In this document: one piece after another, positions 9,153 to 18,115 of the stretch
Position numbering within the stretch: the stretch's first letter is position 1
How the letters are laid out: the number at the start of each line of letters is the position of its first letter
Assembly (NCBI GenBank): GCA_964527395.1
Contig: CAZGQD010000003.1
Coordinates: 29,124-93,123 of the forward strand
Length of the DNA stretch: 64,000 nucleotides
Direction of reading: 5' to 3'
DNA from: an uncultured Methanosarcinales archaeon
GTDB lineage: Archaea; Nanobdellota; Nanobdellia; Woesearchaeales; GW2011-AR9
Notes under the pieces: model-generated
Database searches by the model: none
What the model saw: only the letters and a program-made list of their open reading frames with translations
What the model was told of the DNA's origin: nothing
Position numbers and translations under genes: made by a program

Positions 9153-10289
9153 TTATTGAATTTGGTTTATTATATTTTTAATATCTTCTTTTGACATTTT
9201 TCGGGGATTGTTTTTTAAACGCTCTAAATTAATGTTGCTAATGATTAATTCTGAGCAATCATTTATGTTTAGTTTAGAAAGACTTGTTTCTAATTCTAAG
9301 TTTTGAATAAGATCTTTGATTTTTTTTGCAGCTTGAGTAGATGAATTTGTTCCTAGAATCTTTTGTAGCTCTAGAAATGTTTCTTTAACGTGATCTAGGC
9401 CTCTTGGATCATTAATGTCGTAGCCTTCTTTTGTTGTTTGTGAATTGAAAAGGAAAGTTGAGGGGAGTGTTAGAGCTACAGCATGACCGTGAGGTATGTT
9501 GAAGTAAGAAGTGAAAGTGTAAGAAATAGCATGACAAGCAGTGGTTTTTGAAATGTTAATTGCTTTTCCAGCCAAATTTGCAGCAATTTGAATCTTTTGT
9601 TTAGTTTCTGAATTGGGGTTTTGAAGATTTTTTACTCCGTATTCAAGGATTAGTTGCAATGCTTCTTTAGCATATTTCTTTGAAATTGGAGTTGAATTAA
9701 CACTCCAGTAAGATTCTAAAGCTTGGGAAAATGCATCCATAGTAGTTGAAGCAGTTATGTATTTAGGAAGACTATTTGTAAGGTTTGAGTCTAAAATGAC
9801 GTATTTAGGTAGCATACTTTGATGGGTTAGAGAATACTTTTGTTTGCTGATGTAGACTACTGCGAAATGAGTTGCTTCGCTTCCAGAACCAGCTGTAGTT
9901 GGAACTGCTATTATAGGGATTCCAGGATTGTTTATTTGCGATTTTTTGGTGATATAGTTTGCTATGTTTTCATTTTGGTCTTGTTTAACTATCAGTGCTA
10001 TAGATTTGGCCATATCTATGACACTACCACCGCCTATTGCAAGAATTATTTTTGAATTTGTTTTTTGGTAAAGTTCAAGTCCTTTTTGCACATCTTCAAT
10101 TTTGGGGTTTTTTGCGAAGTCTGAGAAGAATGTTTTGTTGATATCATTCGTAATTGCTTCTATTTTTTGTTTTGCGCCACTTTTTTCGTAAGAAGTTTTA
10201 CCTGTGACTATGAAGATGTTTTTGATATTATTTGAAGCTATGATCCCTTGAAGATCTTCTAATTTGTGGTATTCTTGCTGGCTATTCAT
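9153..10289 (-). CDS. iron-containing (group III) alcohol dehydrogenase
   Basis: GGGSVIDMAK and PTTAGSGSE motifs. Position next to the Ppd-like gene suggests a phosphonoacetaldehyde-reductase-like role. Confidence 0.7.
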   Translation of the reverse strand: MNSQQEYHKLEDLQGIIASNNIKNIFIVTGKTSYEKSGAKQKIEAITNDINKTFFSDFAKNPKIEDVQKGLELYQKTNSKIILAIGGGSVIDMAKSIALIVKQDQNENIANYITKKSQINNPGIPIIAVPTTAGSGSEATHFAVVYISKQKYSLTHQSMLPKYVILDSNLTNSLPKYITASTTMDAFSQALESYWSVNSTPISKKYAKEALQLILEYGVKNLQNPNSETKQKIQIAANLAGKAINISKTTACHAISYTFTSYFNIPHGHAVALTLPSTFLFNSQTTKEGYDINDPRGLDHVKETFLELQKILGTNSSTQAAKKIKDLIQNLELETSLSKLNINDCSELIISNINLERLKNNPRKMSKEDIKNIINQIQ

Positions 10290-10395
10290 GATGTAAGGAG
10301 TAAAATTGTTTTTTTATAAGTTTTTTTAATGAATAATTAAGGATTTTGATTTAGAAGTTAATAAAAATAATAAAAAAAGTGGTTTAGTTAGTTTC

Positions 10396-11709
10396 TTATA
10401 GGTTCTTTTCGGTTAGGATTTGGATGCTTGTTTTGCCACCAGTTGTATCCTTACCAGCAATTAAGTAACTAACCTTTAATTTTTCAGCTGTTTTTGCTAG
10501 TTCTAAATTAACTTCGCCATCAAGAACAATTGCGTGGATTCCTCCTCCAAGGCTTTTAATGGTGGAATTTAGCTCTGTTAGAGGTACTTTACCTAGAATT
10601 GATAGTTTGCCATCAAAGATGCATGCGCCTCTAGTTCCGAAAAGGTCTTCCAAAGTTTCTTTGAATTTCTTTTTCTCACTGTCAGCTAGAGCTTTTGTAG
10701 GAGTTCTAGCTGCGGGAGTGTCTCTTGGAGATGATCTTTGGTTTGATCTCATAGGTTTTTTGTTCCGATCATTGTTCCTATTTCGATCGTTTCTATCATT
10801 TCTTTTGTTATCGCTTCGTTTGATAACTTTTTGTTTTAATTTGATATCTTGGTTGATCAATTCTCCAGTTTCAGTGATACCCAGGTCTAATCTAGCTTGC
10901 TCGGCTGTGATTTTTCCTCTCAAAGCTTTGTGGATTTCTTTTTTAGTTAGTTCTTCCACTTCTTTTCCATCAGGAGCACGGCAGACGAAGTCAACTTCAG
11001 CTACAGTAACTAATTCTCTGATGTTTAGGTTTCCACCACGGTCACCATCAACAAAAACAGTCATTGATTTCTTTTTAGATAATTCAATTAATGTTTTTGG
11101 AACTGAACTACCTTCCATGGAAATAGCGTTCTTGAAACCGTGCTTTAAAAGGATTAGAACATCAGCTCTACCTTCAACAACGATTACATCTTCACTATCT
11201 TCAATAGCCGGGCCACAAGGTAATTTGTCTTTACCATATTTTTTGATCTCATTCATTCTTACTGATTGTGCAACTTCTTGACTAATTTCTTGAGAGTCAG
11301 GAAGAGTGTGTTCAGTTAAGTTTTGTAAAAGCTCTTTAGCTCTTTTAATTACGTAGAGTCTTTTACTAATTCTGATATCTTCAATGGATTCAACCTTTAA
11401 CTTAGCGTTACAAGGCCCAATTCTTTGAATGATTTCTAGAGCAGCTCCAATAATTGCTGTTTCAGTTTTGTCTAAACTACTTGGAATAACAATTTCCCCA
11501 GTGGTTTTTCCACCAGTTGTAGATAAGTTTACTTCGATTCGACCAACTTTACCTGATCTTTGAAGTTCTCTTAGTTCTAGGTCACTTCCTAGTAATCCTT
11601 CAGTTTGTCCGAAAACAGCACCAATTACGTCTGGTCTGTCTACAATTCCATCAATTTTTATTGAAGTATGAACAATATATTTTGCTGCTACTTGGCTAAT
11701 TTTTGCCAT
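10396..11709 (-). CDS. dnaG: archaeal DnaG-type (TOPRIM) primase / exosome-associated DnaG
   Basis: N-terminus MAKISQVAAKYIVHTSIKIDGIVDRPDVIGAVFGQTEGLL matches archaeal DnaG, TOPRIM acidic cluster VVVEGRADV...DGDRGG is present, and a low-complexity R/N/D linker separates the domains. Confidence 0.8.
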   Translation of the reverse strand: MAKISQVAAKYIVHTSIKIDGIVDRPDVIGAVFGQTEGLLGSDLELRELQRSGKVGRIEVNLSTTGGKTTGEIVIPSSLDKTETAIIGAALEIIQRIGPCNAKLKVESIEDIRISKRLYVIKRAKELLQNLTEHTLPDSQEISQEVAQSVRMNEIKKYGKDKLPCGPAIEDSEDVIVVEGRADVLILLKHGFKNAISMEGSSVPKTLIELSKKKSMTVFVDGDRGGNLNIRELVTVAEVDFVCRAPDGKEVEELTKKEIHKALRGKITAEQARLDLGITETGELINQDIKLKQKVIKRSDNKRNDRNDRNRNNDRNKKPMRSNQRSSPRDTPAARTPTKALADSEKKKFKETLEDLFGTRGACIFDGKLSILGKVPLTELNSTIKSLGGGIHAIVLDGEVNLELAKTAEKLKVSYLIAGKDTTGGKTSIQILTEKNL

Positions 11710-11764
11710 TTTTATTTCACCTTTTGTGTGTTTAATACAAAGTTTATGTTTATTTTTTTCTTTG

Positions 11765-11852
11765 TATGTACTCGTCCGTAAATATTTATTAATACTTGGT
11801 TACGGATTCGAGACACAGTTCCGTAAACGAAACTGCGTGTTTAGAACGCAGT
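11765..11852. promoter_or_regulatory. conserved ~65-nt element (copy 1) with mutually exclusive hairpins built from TCCGTAA / TTACGGA blocks
   Basis: gtatgtactcgtccgtaa...cttggttacggattcgagacacagttccgtaa is near-identical to 33926-34016. The TTACGGA block can pair with either the upstream or the downstream TCCGTAA. Confidence 0.45.
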
Positions 11853-12287
11853 AATAGAATTAGCTCTTACAAAAGCAATAGTTTTGCAATTGTAGTTATA
11901 GTACTAGTCTACTTTCATTGCCAGGTGGTTTTTAGTAGATGTTTAGGTTTGTCAGGTCCTAAGTTGTAATACTTAAATGAGTTAATTGATTATTACTATT
12001 CGTTCAGGTATTGAACTTTGTTTTTTAATTCAATACCGGTTTTGCGATTATCGCAGTGAAGTTGTCAATTTCACTTTCTTACTTTAATGTTTTTAGAAAT
12101 CACTATCATCCTTGCTGCTACAATATCTGGTAGCTTGCAAGCTAAATACTTTTTTTACAAATTAAATGATGAATGTGATTTCTGATATTTGATTGTAATA
12201 CTTAGTTACTGGGTTAGGTACGGGTTTGGGGTTTATAAATGTTGTGTTTGGCTTGGTTTTAGGGTGTTTTTAGTGTGTAAAGTAGGT

Positions 12288-12500
12288 AAAATGATGGTCT
12301 ATTTGGTTTGAATCGGTTAAAATGAGTTTTATTTCGCTTGAATCGGGAGAAACAAGCTTCTTTTGCCGTTTAGAGGTTAAAATGGACTTATTTTCTGTTT
12401 TAACGGCTAAAATGCTCTTTATTTGGCAAATGGAGGTCAAAATGGAGGTATTTTGGCAAAAGAAGGTAAAAATTGTCTTTAAATTGAGTTTAATAACAAT
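12288..12500. repeat. about seven degenerate ~30-bp tandem repeats (ggtWaaaatgRnnttatttNgnttgaa...)
   Basis: Direct reading of the sequence; the units share the gcaaaagaaggt/attttgg core that is also present at 41860-42030. Confidence 0.6.
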
Positions 12501-12673
12501 AAGTTTTACTTAAAATTCTTTGAAATTTTGATGAAGAGAAAAGGACCTCAGAAGGCCACAAGGGCCAACTGAGGAAAGAGGTGGTTTTGAGGTGTTTTGA
12601 TACTACTGTAAAATAGTGTTTACTTTATAAATGTTTGGGTCTTTTTGTTACTTATTAGTAGTTTTCTTGGAAA

Positions 12674-13795
12674 ATGCTTATAAATATGAGTTGTTTTGAG
12701 AGAAAAATGGCAAAAGTGATGGTTCTTACTGATCAAACAACAGGAAGGCGAGTTGTAGTTAGAGGTAACACTCAAATTGGAAGACTCTCTTTTCATGAAA
12801 GAGGAATGTGGAAGGTAAGGGGAAGAAATAAACCTAAAGTTTTTGATAGTTTAGATACTTTAGTTTGTGTTTCTGAAGTAAATAAAGTAGTTTCTAGAAA
12901 TCATGCTGCTTTAATCCAGGGAGTTGATGGAGAATTTCATATTGAAGATATGAATAGTAAGCATGGAACTTATGTAAATGGGGATAATATAAACCCAAGT
13001 AAAAGTGATTCAAGGAGTGTATTATTAAGAGAAAGGGATGCTCTTCAGATTGGAAGAAGAACTCGTGGAATTGATGATTGTTTTTTGAATTTTGAAATTT
13101 CTTATCAAGAGTCTGAAAATTATGCATTGCTTGTTGGTACTGGGTCTGATAATTTAGGGGCTGCGCAAAGAGGTTTAGATTCTTTGGAAAGAGTTCTTAG
13201 GAGAAGAGGGTATGTTGTTAGGGTTTTACCTGAAGAAGAAGCAAGCAAATCTAGATTAAGAGAAGAATTAAGAAATATTGCAAATATGTCTATTGCAGAA
13301 TCACATAATATTATTTCAATTTATGGGCATGGAAGCCATAATGGTTTTATGTTGGGTGGACAAGTAATGAATGCAAGAGAATTTTATAAAGAAGTAGGGA
13401 GGATTGCTGGGAAAAAAGCAGCTTTATTGGAGTTTTGTTATTCAGGATCTTTTGTAAGGGGAAGAAATTTAGGGAGGATTCCTGATGGTACTTTAGTTTT
13501 GACAGCATCTAATGCATTTAGTGAAGCAAATGAGACAGAAGATTATGTTGAAGGTCAAGAAGAATTAAGATCAGAATACATAGGTAGATTGGCTAAACAG
13601 TTTGCAGGATATTTGGAAAGAAACCCAGGGCAAATTAATTTGAGGGAATTTTATGATCAATTGAGTGTAGTTTTAGGTGCTAGGAATTTGATGTTGCAAG
13701 GACCTCAGATAGAAGGAGATTTTTACGAGATTCCTGCGGTGAATGAAGGGTTTCATACAGTTATTCTTGATGTTGATCAAATTGAGAATTACTAG
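12674..13795 (+). CDS. FHA domain fused to a caspase/metacaspase/legumain-like cysteine peptidase domain
   Basis: FHA signature VSRNHAALIQ...IEDMNSKHGTYVNG. C-terminal half has YALLVGTGSDNL, the His motif IYGHGSHNG and the Cys motif LLEFCYSGSF, matching the caspase-hemoglobinase fold (C14/C13) catalytic dyad. Confidence 0.65.
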   Translation: MLINMSCFERKMAKVMVLTDQTTGRRVVVRGNTQIGRLSFHERGMWKVRGRNKPKVFDSLDTLVCVSEVNKVVSRNHAALIQGVDGEFHIEDMNSKHGTYVNGDNINPSKSDSRSVLLRERDALQIGRRTRGIDDCFLNFEISYQESENYALLVGTGSDNLGAAQRGLDSLERVLRRRGYVVRVLPEEEASKSRLREELRNIANMSIAESHNIISIYGHGSHNGFMLGGQVMNAREFYKEVGRIAGKKAALLEFCYSGSFVRGRNLGRIPDGTLVLTASNAFSEANETEDYVEGQEELRSEYIGRLAKQFAGYLERNPGQINLREFYDQLSVVLGARNLMLQGPQIEGDFYEIPAVNEGFHTVILDVDQIENY

Positions 13796-13827
13796 TTTTT
13801 ATGCTGGTTTTTTGAGAAGTTCTTTGG

Positions 13828-13979
13828 TTGCGCAATTTGCTCGTTTTGTTTTGTTTTTCTGCGCAATTTTCCCAGTTGATTCTATTTTGCTTGTTTTTGT
13901 CTGATTTTGTGCTTAAATTTCTTGTTTTTTGGCTGCGCAATTTTCCCGTTTGTTTTTATTTTAGTGCGCAATTTTCCCA
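13828..13979. promoter_or_regulatory. four copies of a palindrome-containing operator-like repeat (T/C)TGCGCAATTT(T/G)C(CC/TC), arranged as two pairs
   Basis: Occurrences begin at 13828, 13859, 13933 and 13965 (spacings 31, 74, 32 bp). TTGCGCAA is a perfect palindrome. Located directly upstream of the RelA/SpoT-like gene. Confidence 0.45.
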
Positions 13980-14013
13980 AAGTTTTAAAAAAGAGGGTTT
14001 CTTTTATGGTGTT

Positions 14014-15081
14014 ATGAAGAAAATTGATCTTAAAAAGTTCTCTAAATCTAAGACAGATTGGGCTGGAAAAGTACTTTGTGATTCTAGTAGGTCGGAAGAG
14101 GATAAAAATGTTGCCTTAGAGATTCTTAGCAATTGGAGGGCTGCACATAGTTATCCTATGCATATTTTTACTAATCGGTTACGTAGAATTTCAGGGAGTT
14201 TGGATTCAGGGGCTTTAGTAGCTCAGAGGCTTAAAAGAGTTCCATCGATAATTAAGAAACTTAAGCGTAGTTATGGTGGCAAAAAGGCTAGTATGAAACT
14301 TAGTCAGATGCAAGATATTGCAGGATGTAGGGTAGTTATGTCAGATATAGATTTAGTTAGGAAGATTTATTCTGAGTATTATGTTAATGGGGATTTGAAG
14401 CATGAAAAAGTTAATGAGAAGAATTACATCTTGAACCCTAAAAGTGATGGATATCGAAGCATACATTTGATTTATAGATTTTTTAGTGACAAAGGTAAGG
14501 CAGATTATAATGGGCTTCTTGTTGAAGTGCAAATACGTTCTAAATTACAGCATTTGTGGGCTACAGCTGTTGAAACTGTTGATTTTTTTACTAGGCAAGC
14601 AATTAAATCTAATCAAGGGCAAAAGGATTGGGCGGATTTTTTTAGATTGGTTAGTTCTGCGTTTGCTCTGTTTGAGGGATGTAGCTCTGTTCCTGGAGTT
14701 CCTATTCGGGAGAAAGAGTTGTATGCTATGATTTTTAAAATGGAAAAAGAATTGCAAGTTCGTCGTAAGATGAAGAGTTGGATGGAATCTATAGAAGTCT
14801 TAGATGAGATGAAGAGTAAATATGGTAGTTCTTACTTTTTATTGGAGCTTGATACTGTTCGAGGAAAATTGATAGTTACTGGTTATTCAAAAAAGCAGGA
14901 GAAAAGAGCTCTTAGAGAATATTCTGAAGTTGAGAAGAGAATATATGGCAGGCCTGAGTATGATGTGGTTTTAGTTGGAGCAGATACAAGTGAAGATTTG
15001 AAGAAAGTGTATCCTAACTATTTTTTAGATACTCGAGATTTTATTAGGTACTTGAATCTTATTTTGAAGAAGGTTAAATAG
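14014..15081 (+). CDS. RelA/SpoT-domain nucleotidyltransferase (small alarmone synthetase / toxSAS-like) with a ~150-aa C-terminal extension
   Basis: All synthetase-domain blocks present: RLKRVPSIIKKLKR, MQDIAGCRVVM, SDGYRSIHLIY, VEVQIRSKLQHLWATAVE. Start trimmed to MKKIDLKKF, because the listed upstream extension translates the operator repeats. Confidence 0.75.
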   Translation: MKKIDLKKFSKSKTDWAGKVLCDSSRSEEDKNVALEILSNWRAAHSYPMHIFTNRLRRISGSLDSGALVAQRLKRVPSIIKKLKRSYGGKKASMKLSQMQDIAGCRVVMSDIDLVRKIYSEYYVNGDLKHEKVNEKNYILNPKSDGYRSIHLIYRFFSDKGKADYNGLLVEVQIRSKLQHLWATAVETVDFFTRQAIKSNQGQKDWADFFRLVSSAFALFEGCSSVPGVPIREKELYAMIFKMEKELQVRRKMKSWMESIEVLDEMKSKYGSSYFLLELDTVRGKLIVTGYSKKQEKRALREYSEVEKRIYGRPEYDVVLVGADTSEDLKKVYPNYFLDTRDFIRYLNLILKKVK

Positions 15082-15088
15082 CTGTTGT

Positions 15089-15322
15089 TTAAGATCCAAG
15101 AGAGATTTTTAGGGGTAATTTTAGGTTAATTTCTGCTTTTTTTGCGGTTCTTTTTTTGAAACCTAAGATGCCAAATCCGACGGTTTCACCAGTTTCTTCA
15201 TCTATTCTTTCAAAGATTCCTTCTTTAATGTCTTTGACGTAACTTTTTGGGAAGTTTCCTAGATTAATCTCTAGAAAATCTCCTTCTTGATCATAATAGA
15301 TGTGTAAATTACCTTTCATCAT
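15089..15322 (-). CDS. DUF2283-like small protein (antitoxin-like partner)
   Basis: 77 aa with the YYDQEGDFLEI motif characteristic of DUF2283; translationally coupled to the upstream gene. Confidence 0.45.
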   Translation of the reverse strand: MMKGNLHIYYDQEGDFLEINLGNFPKSYVKDIKEGIFERIDEETGETVGFGILGFKKRTAKKAEINLKLPLKISLGS

Positions 15323-15654
15323 TGTATTCTCCTCACAAAATGTACTGTAATTATGAAGCCATGTCCATTTAAGTACTTTACTATGACTTTTAGGTATTTT
15401 GCTTTTGATTGTCTATGCTTATAGTAACGATAATATGAATGAACTTGGTGGTCAAAAGAGTAATTTGTGATTTTTATTGGCTCTTTTAGAGTTTCTTTGA
15501 TAAATTCAAGATTATGTTGGACTTCAGGGTGCAAGGAAAGCATAGCTTTCCTGCACAGGAAATTATTAATTTCCTTGTGTTTTGATAGATGATTCCAACG
15601 TTCTTTTGTTAAGCGAATGAATCTTTTTGATTTGTCAATGATTTTGAATATCAT
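15319..15654 (-). CDS. DUF4258-like small toxin-like protein
   Basis: 111 aa; overlaps the downstream DUF2283-like gene by 4 nt; IRLTKERWNHLSKHKE resembles the DUF4258 'T.HA...R..R' block. Confidence 0.4.
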   Translation of the reverse strand: MIFKIIDKSKRFIRLTKERWNHLSKHKEINNFLCRKAMLSLHPEVQHNLEFIKETLKEPIKITNYSFDHQVHSYYRYYKHRQSKAKYLKVIVKYLNGHGFIITVHFVRRIQ

Positions 15655-15848
15655 GAAAGATAATTTTGGAAGAAGTTATTAATGAATAAAGTGGTTCTGG
15701 ATTATTTATATTATAAAATTTTATTAGGTACAAGAAAATTAACAATTTTCTGTACTGAAAATCTTAGATTTTCATGTACTTGAATCTTATTTTGAAGAAG
15801 GTTTAGCCTAAAGTTTTATTATAGAGCTTTGTTTTTCTTTAGTTAATC

Positions 15849-16565
15849 ATGGTTACACTTACATATCAAGAACGGTTCAAAACAGCTAAAGGAGTCTTTG
15901 ATGCTTTTACTAAAAGAAATTTGTTTGAGTTATCACAGCGAGGTTTTTTTGATGAAATTATTTCGCCACTTAAGGTAGGAAAGGAAAGTAATGTGTTTTT
16001 GGCTAGTTCTGGGAAAGGTTTTTTGATAATTAAGATCTATCGTGTACAGAATGCTGATTTTAAAGGGATGTATAAGTATATTAGTTTAGATCCTAGGTAT
16101 GAGAAGTTGAAGAAGAGGAGGCGTGAAATTATATTTTCTTGGGTGCGACGTGAGTATCAGAATCTGTTTGTGGCTAAGAAAAATGGAGTTAGAGTTCCGA
16201 AAGTGTATACAGTGAAGCATAACGTTCTTGTTTTAGATATTGTGGGGAAGAAAAAATCTGGAGAAGTTGCCTTGCCTTTGAAGGATACTGTTCCAGTTGA
16301 TCCTGAGAAGTTTTTAGATGGAATTTTGTTTCAAGTACGTAAATTGTGGAAGAAAGCTGGGTTGGTGCATGGAGATTTGTCATCTTTTAATATTTTGAAT
16401 GATAATGAGAAGCCTGTTTTGATTGATTTTTCGCAGTCGACGCTGGTGAAGTCTTCTAACGCTGATGAGTTGTTACGTAGGGATTTGAAGAATGTTCTTG
16501 GGTGGTTTAGGAAGTTAGGGGTTGTTAGGGATTTGGATGAAGTGTATGCCAAGATTGTTAAGTGA
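15849..16565 (+). CDS. rio1: RIO-type serine/threonine protein kinase (Rio1-like, no N-terminal wHTH)
   Basis: ESNVFLA glycine-loop-like region, LVHGDLSSFNIL catalytic loop and LIDFSQS metal-binding loop. Confidence 0.8.
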   Translation: MVTLTYQERFKTAKGVFDAFTKRNLFELSQRGFFDEIISPLKVGKESNVFLASSGKGFLIIKIYRVQNADFKGMYKYISLDPRYEKLKKRRREIIFSWVRREYQNLFVAKKNGVRVPKVYTVKHNVLVLDIVGKKKSGEVALPLKDTVPVDPEKFLDGILFQVRKLWKKAGLVHGDLSSFNILNDNEKPVLIDFSQSTLVKSSNADELLRRDLKNVLGWFRKLGVVRDLDEVYAKIVK

Positions 16566-16607
16566 ATAGTGGGAAGTTTATTATAGATTAGTTTCTTTGT
16601 TTTTTCT

Positions 16608-16994
16608 ATGTCAGAATTATATCAGTTGTTAGAACAAGCTTATGAATTAGTTTCTAATGTAGATGGACCTAGTTATGTATTGGGGCTTGCTTCAGCTACA
16701 GGGCTTTTTGGTATTGCAGCAGGTGTTGGAAGATGGAGAGATCATGTAGTTCAAAGAGAGTTTAGGAATAAGTCTGCTGCAAGAAAGAAGGCTCTTGATG
16801 ATCTGGTAAAAGAACGTAGTCCTCCTGATTTGAGTGATTATGTTGGGCAGTGGGTGATTATAAGTCCAAATATGGAAGTTATTGGACATGGAGAACATAG
16901 AGAAGCAATGACTATGGCTGAAAAAACAGGATACGATTTAGGGAATTGTGTGATGTTTGGTGTGGATGAGCCTGCTGATGTTTATATTGGGTGA
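16608..16994 (+). CDS. hypothetical small protein
   Basis: 128-aa ORF; GQWVIISPNMEVIGHGEH segment of unknown significance. Confidence 0.35.
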   Translation: MSELYQLLEQAYELVSNVDGPSYVLGLASATGLFGIAAGVGRWRDHVVQREFRNKSAARKKALDDLVKERSPPDLSDYVGQWVIISPNMEVIGHGEHREAMTMAEKTGYDLGNCVMFGVDEPADVYIG

Positions 16995-17077
16995 GGGAGT
17001 TATAATTTATCTTAGATATGATAATTTTTTTCTTTTATGAGTATACTTTTTAAAGTAGAGTTGTTCTTAGGTGCTTT

Positions 17078-17683
17078 ATGGAAGAAAACAAGGTTGAAAC
17101 TGCTCTTGAGTCTATGGAAGTTGAACAAGTAGAAGAATCTAATGATTTAGATATGATGCATGAGGAGCTGAAGATTCCAAAAGATCGAGTTGCAGTATTG
17201 ATTGGGTCTAGTGGGAAGACTAAATTGGATCTAGAAGTTAAAAGTGGATGTAAAATTGATGTGGAGTCTGCTAGTGGGCTTGTGGATATCTCAGGTAGTG
17301 ATCCAATTAAATTATTTGATTGTAAAGATATTGTTTTAGCTGTTGGGCGTGGGTTTAACCCTAAAGTTGCACTTAAATTGTTATTGGAAACACATTCTTT
17401 GGAAGTTATTCGTCTGCGTGACATTGTGGGAAGTAATCAAAAACAAATGGAGCGGATTAAAAGTAGAGTGATTGGTCGGGCTGGAAAGGTTCGAGGGGAA
17501 CTTGAGAGGCTAACTAAATGTGACATTGCGGTTTATGGGAAAACAGTATCTATTATTGGAGATAGTATGGATGTAGCACTTTGTCATAGAGCAATTGAGA
17601 TGCTACTTAAAGGAGCTATGCATAAGACTGTTTATACCTTTTTAGAGAAGCAGGTTAGGCAGGCTGAATTGGCTGGTGTTTAG
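17078..17683 (+). CDS. KH-domain RNA-binding protein (archaeal Dim2/Pno1-like), usual neighbour of rio1
   Basis: Two KH-like units (IGSSGKTK..., IGRAGKVRGELE); adjacent to the RIO kinase as in many archaeal genomes. Confidence 0.6.
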   Translation: MEENKVETALESMEVEQVEESNDLDMMHEELKIPKDRVAVLIGSSGKTKLDLEVKSGCKIDVESASGLVDISGSDPIKLFDCKDIVLAVGRGFNPKVALKLLLETHSLEVIRLRDIVGSNQKQMERIKSRVIGRAGKVRGELERLTKCDIAVYGKTVSIIGDSMDVALCHRAIEMLLKGAMHKTVYTFLEKQVRQAELAGV

Positions 17684-17729
17684 ATTTTGTCAGAGTGTTT
17701 ATATAGTTCTTTTCTTGTTTATTTAGTTT

Positions 17730-18026
17730 ATGGTAAATGATTTGAAAGCGTTGGTTACTAGGTTAGGTGATGAGATAGTAGCAAGTGGAAGAATGACAAG
17801 AGCAGAATTAAATGCTAGGCATGAAGCTCATTGTAGAAGGCTTCCTCCAGCAGATCCTAATTGTCTAATTGATATGTATGGTGGAGCTTGGAGTAGATAT
17901 GAACGTTTAGGAGATAGATTTGGTGGCTTGTCAGATGAATCTCTTGAAAGAGTTGCTAGAGGAGATGGGCTTATAAGCGGATTTTATAATGGGCTGAAAA
18001 GAGAAGAAGTTAATAATTATTCTTAG
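17730..18026 (+). CDS. hypothetical protein
   Basis: 98-aa ORF, no motif recognised. Confidence 0.3.
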   Translation: MVNDLKALVTRLGDEIVASGRMTRAELNARHEAHCRRLPPADPNCLIDMYGGAWSRYERLGDRFGGLSDESLERVARGDGLISGFYNGLKREEVNNYS

Positions 18027-18115
18027 TTTGGTATGATTTAGGGTGTTTTTTGTTTGGGAAGTTCTTAAAACTAAGCGGAATCTTTTTATACGAGTTCTTT
18101 TGAATTTTAGTTGAT

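Noticed and set aside
10559-11281. 240-aa plus-strand ORF antisense to dnaG, and antisense ORFs 4424-4654, 4757-5074 and 5188-5430 inside the intein-containing ATPase gene
   Set aside because: They are antisense to well-supported genes with strong motifs, have low-complexity translations, and are typical shadow ORFs.
12288-12500. Possible CRISPR array (also 41860-42030)
   Set aside because: The repeat units diverge progressively. There are no conserved repeat/unique spacer alternation and no cas genes nearby. Treated as a degenerate tandem repeat.
13828-14013. N-terminal 62 codons of listed ORF 13828-15081
   Set aside because: This stretch translates the four TTGCGCAA operator repeats into a low-complexity peptide. 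The RelA/SpoT domain begins after the internal Met at 14014, so the start was trimmed.
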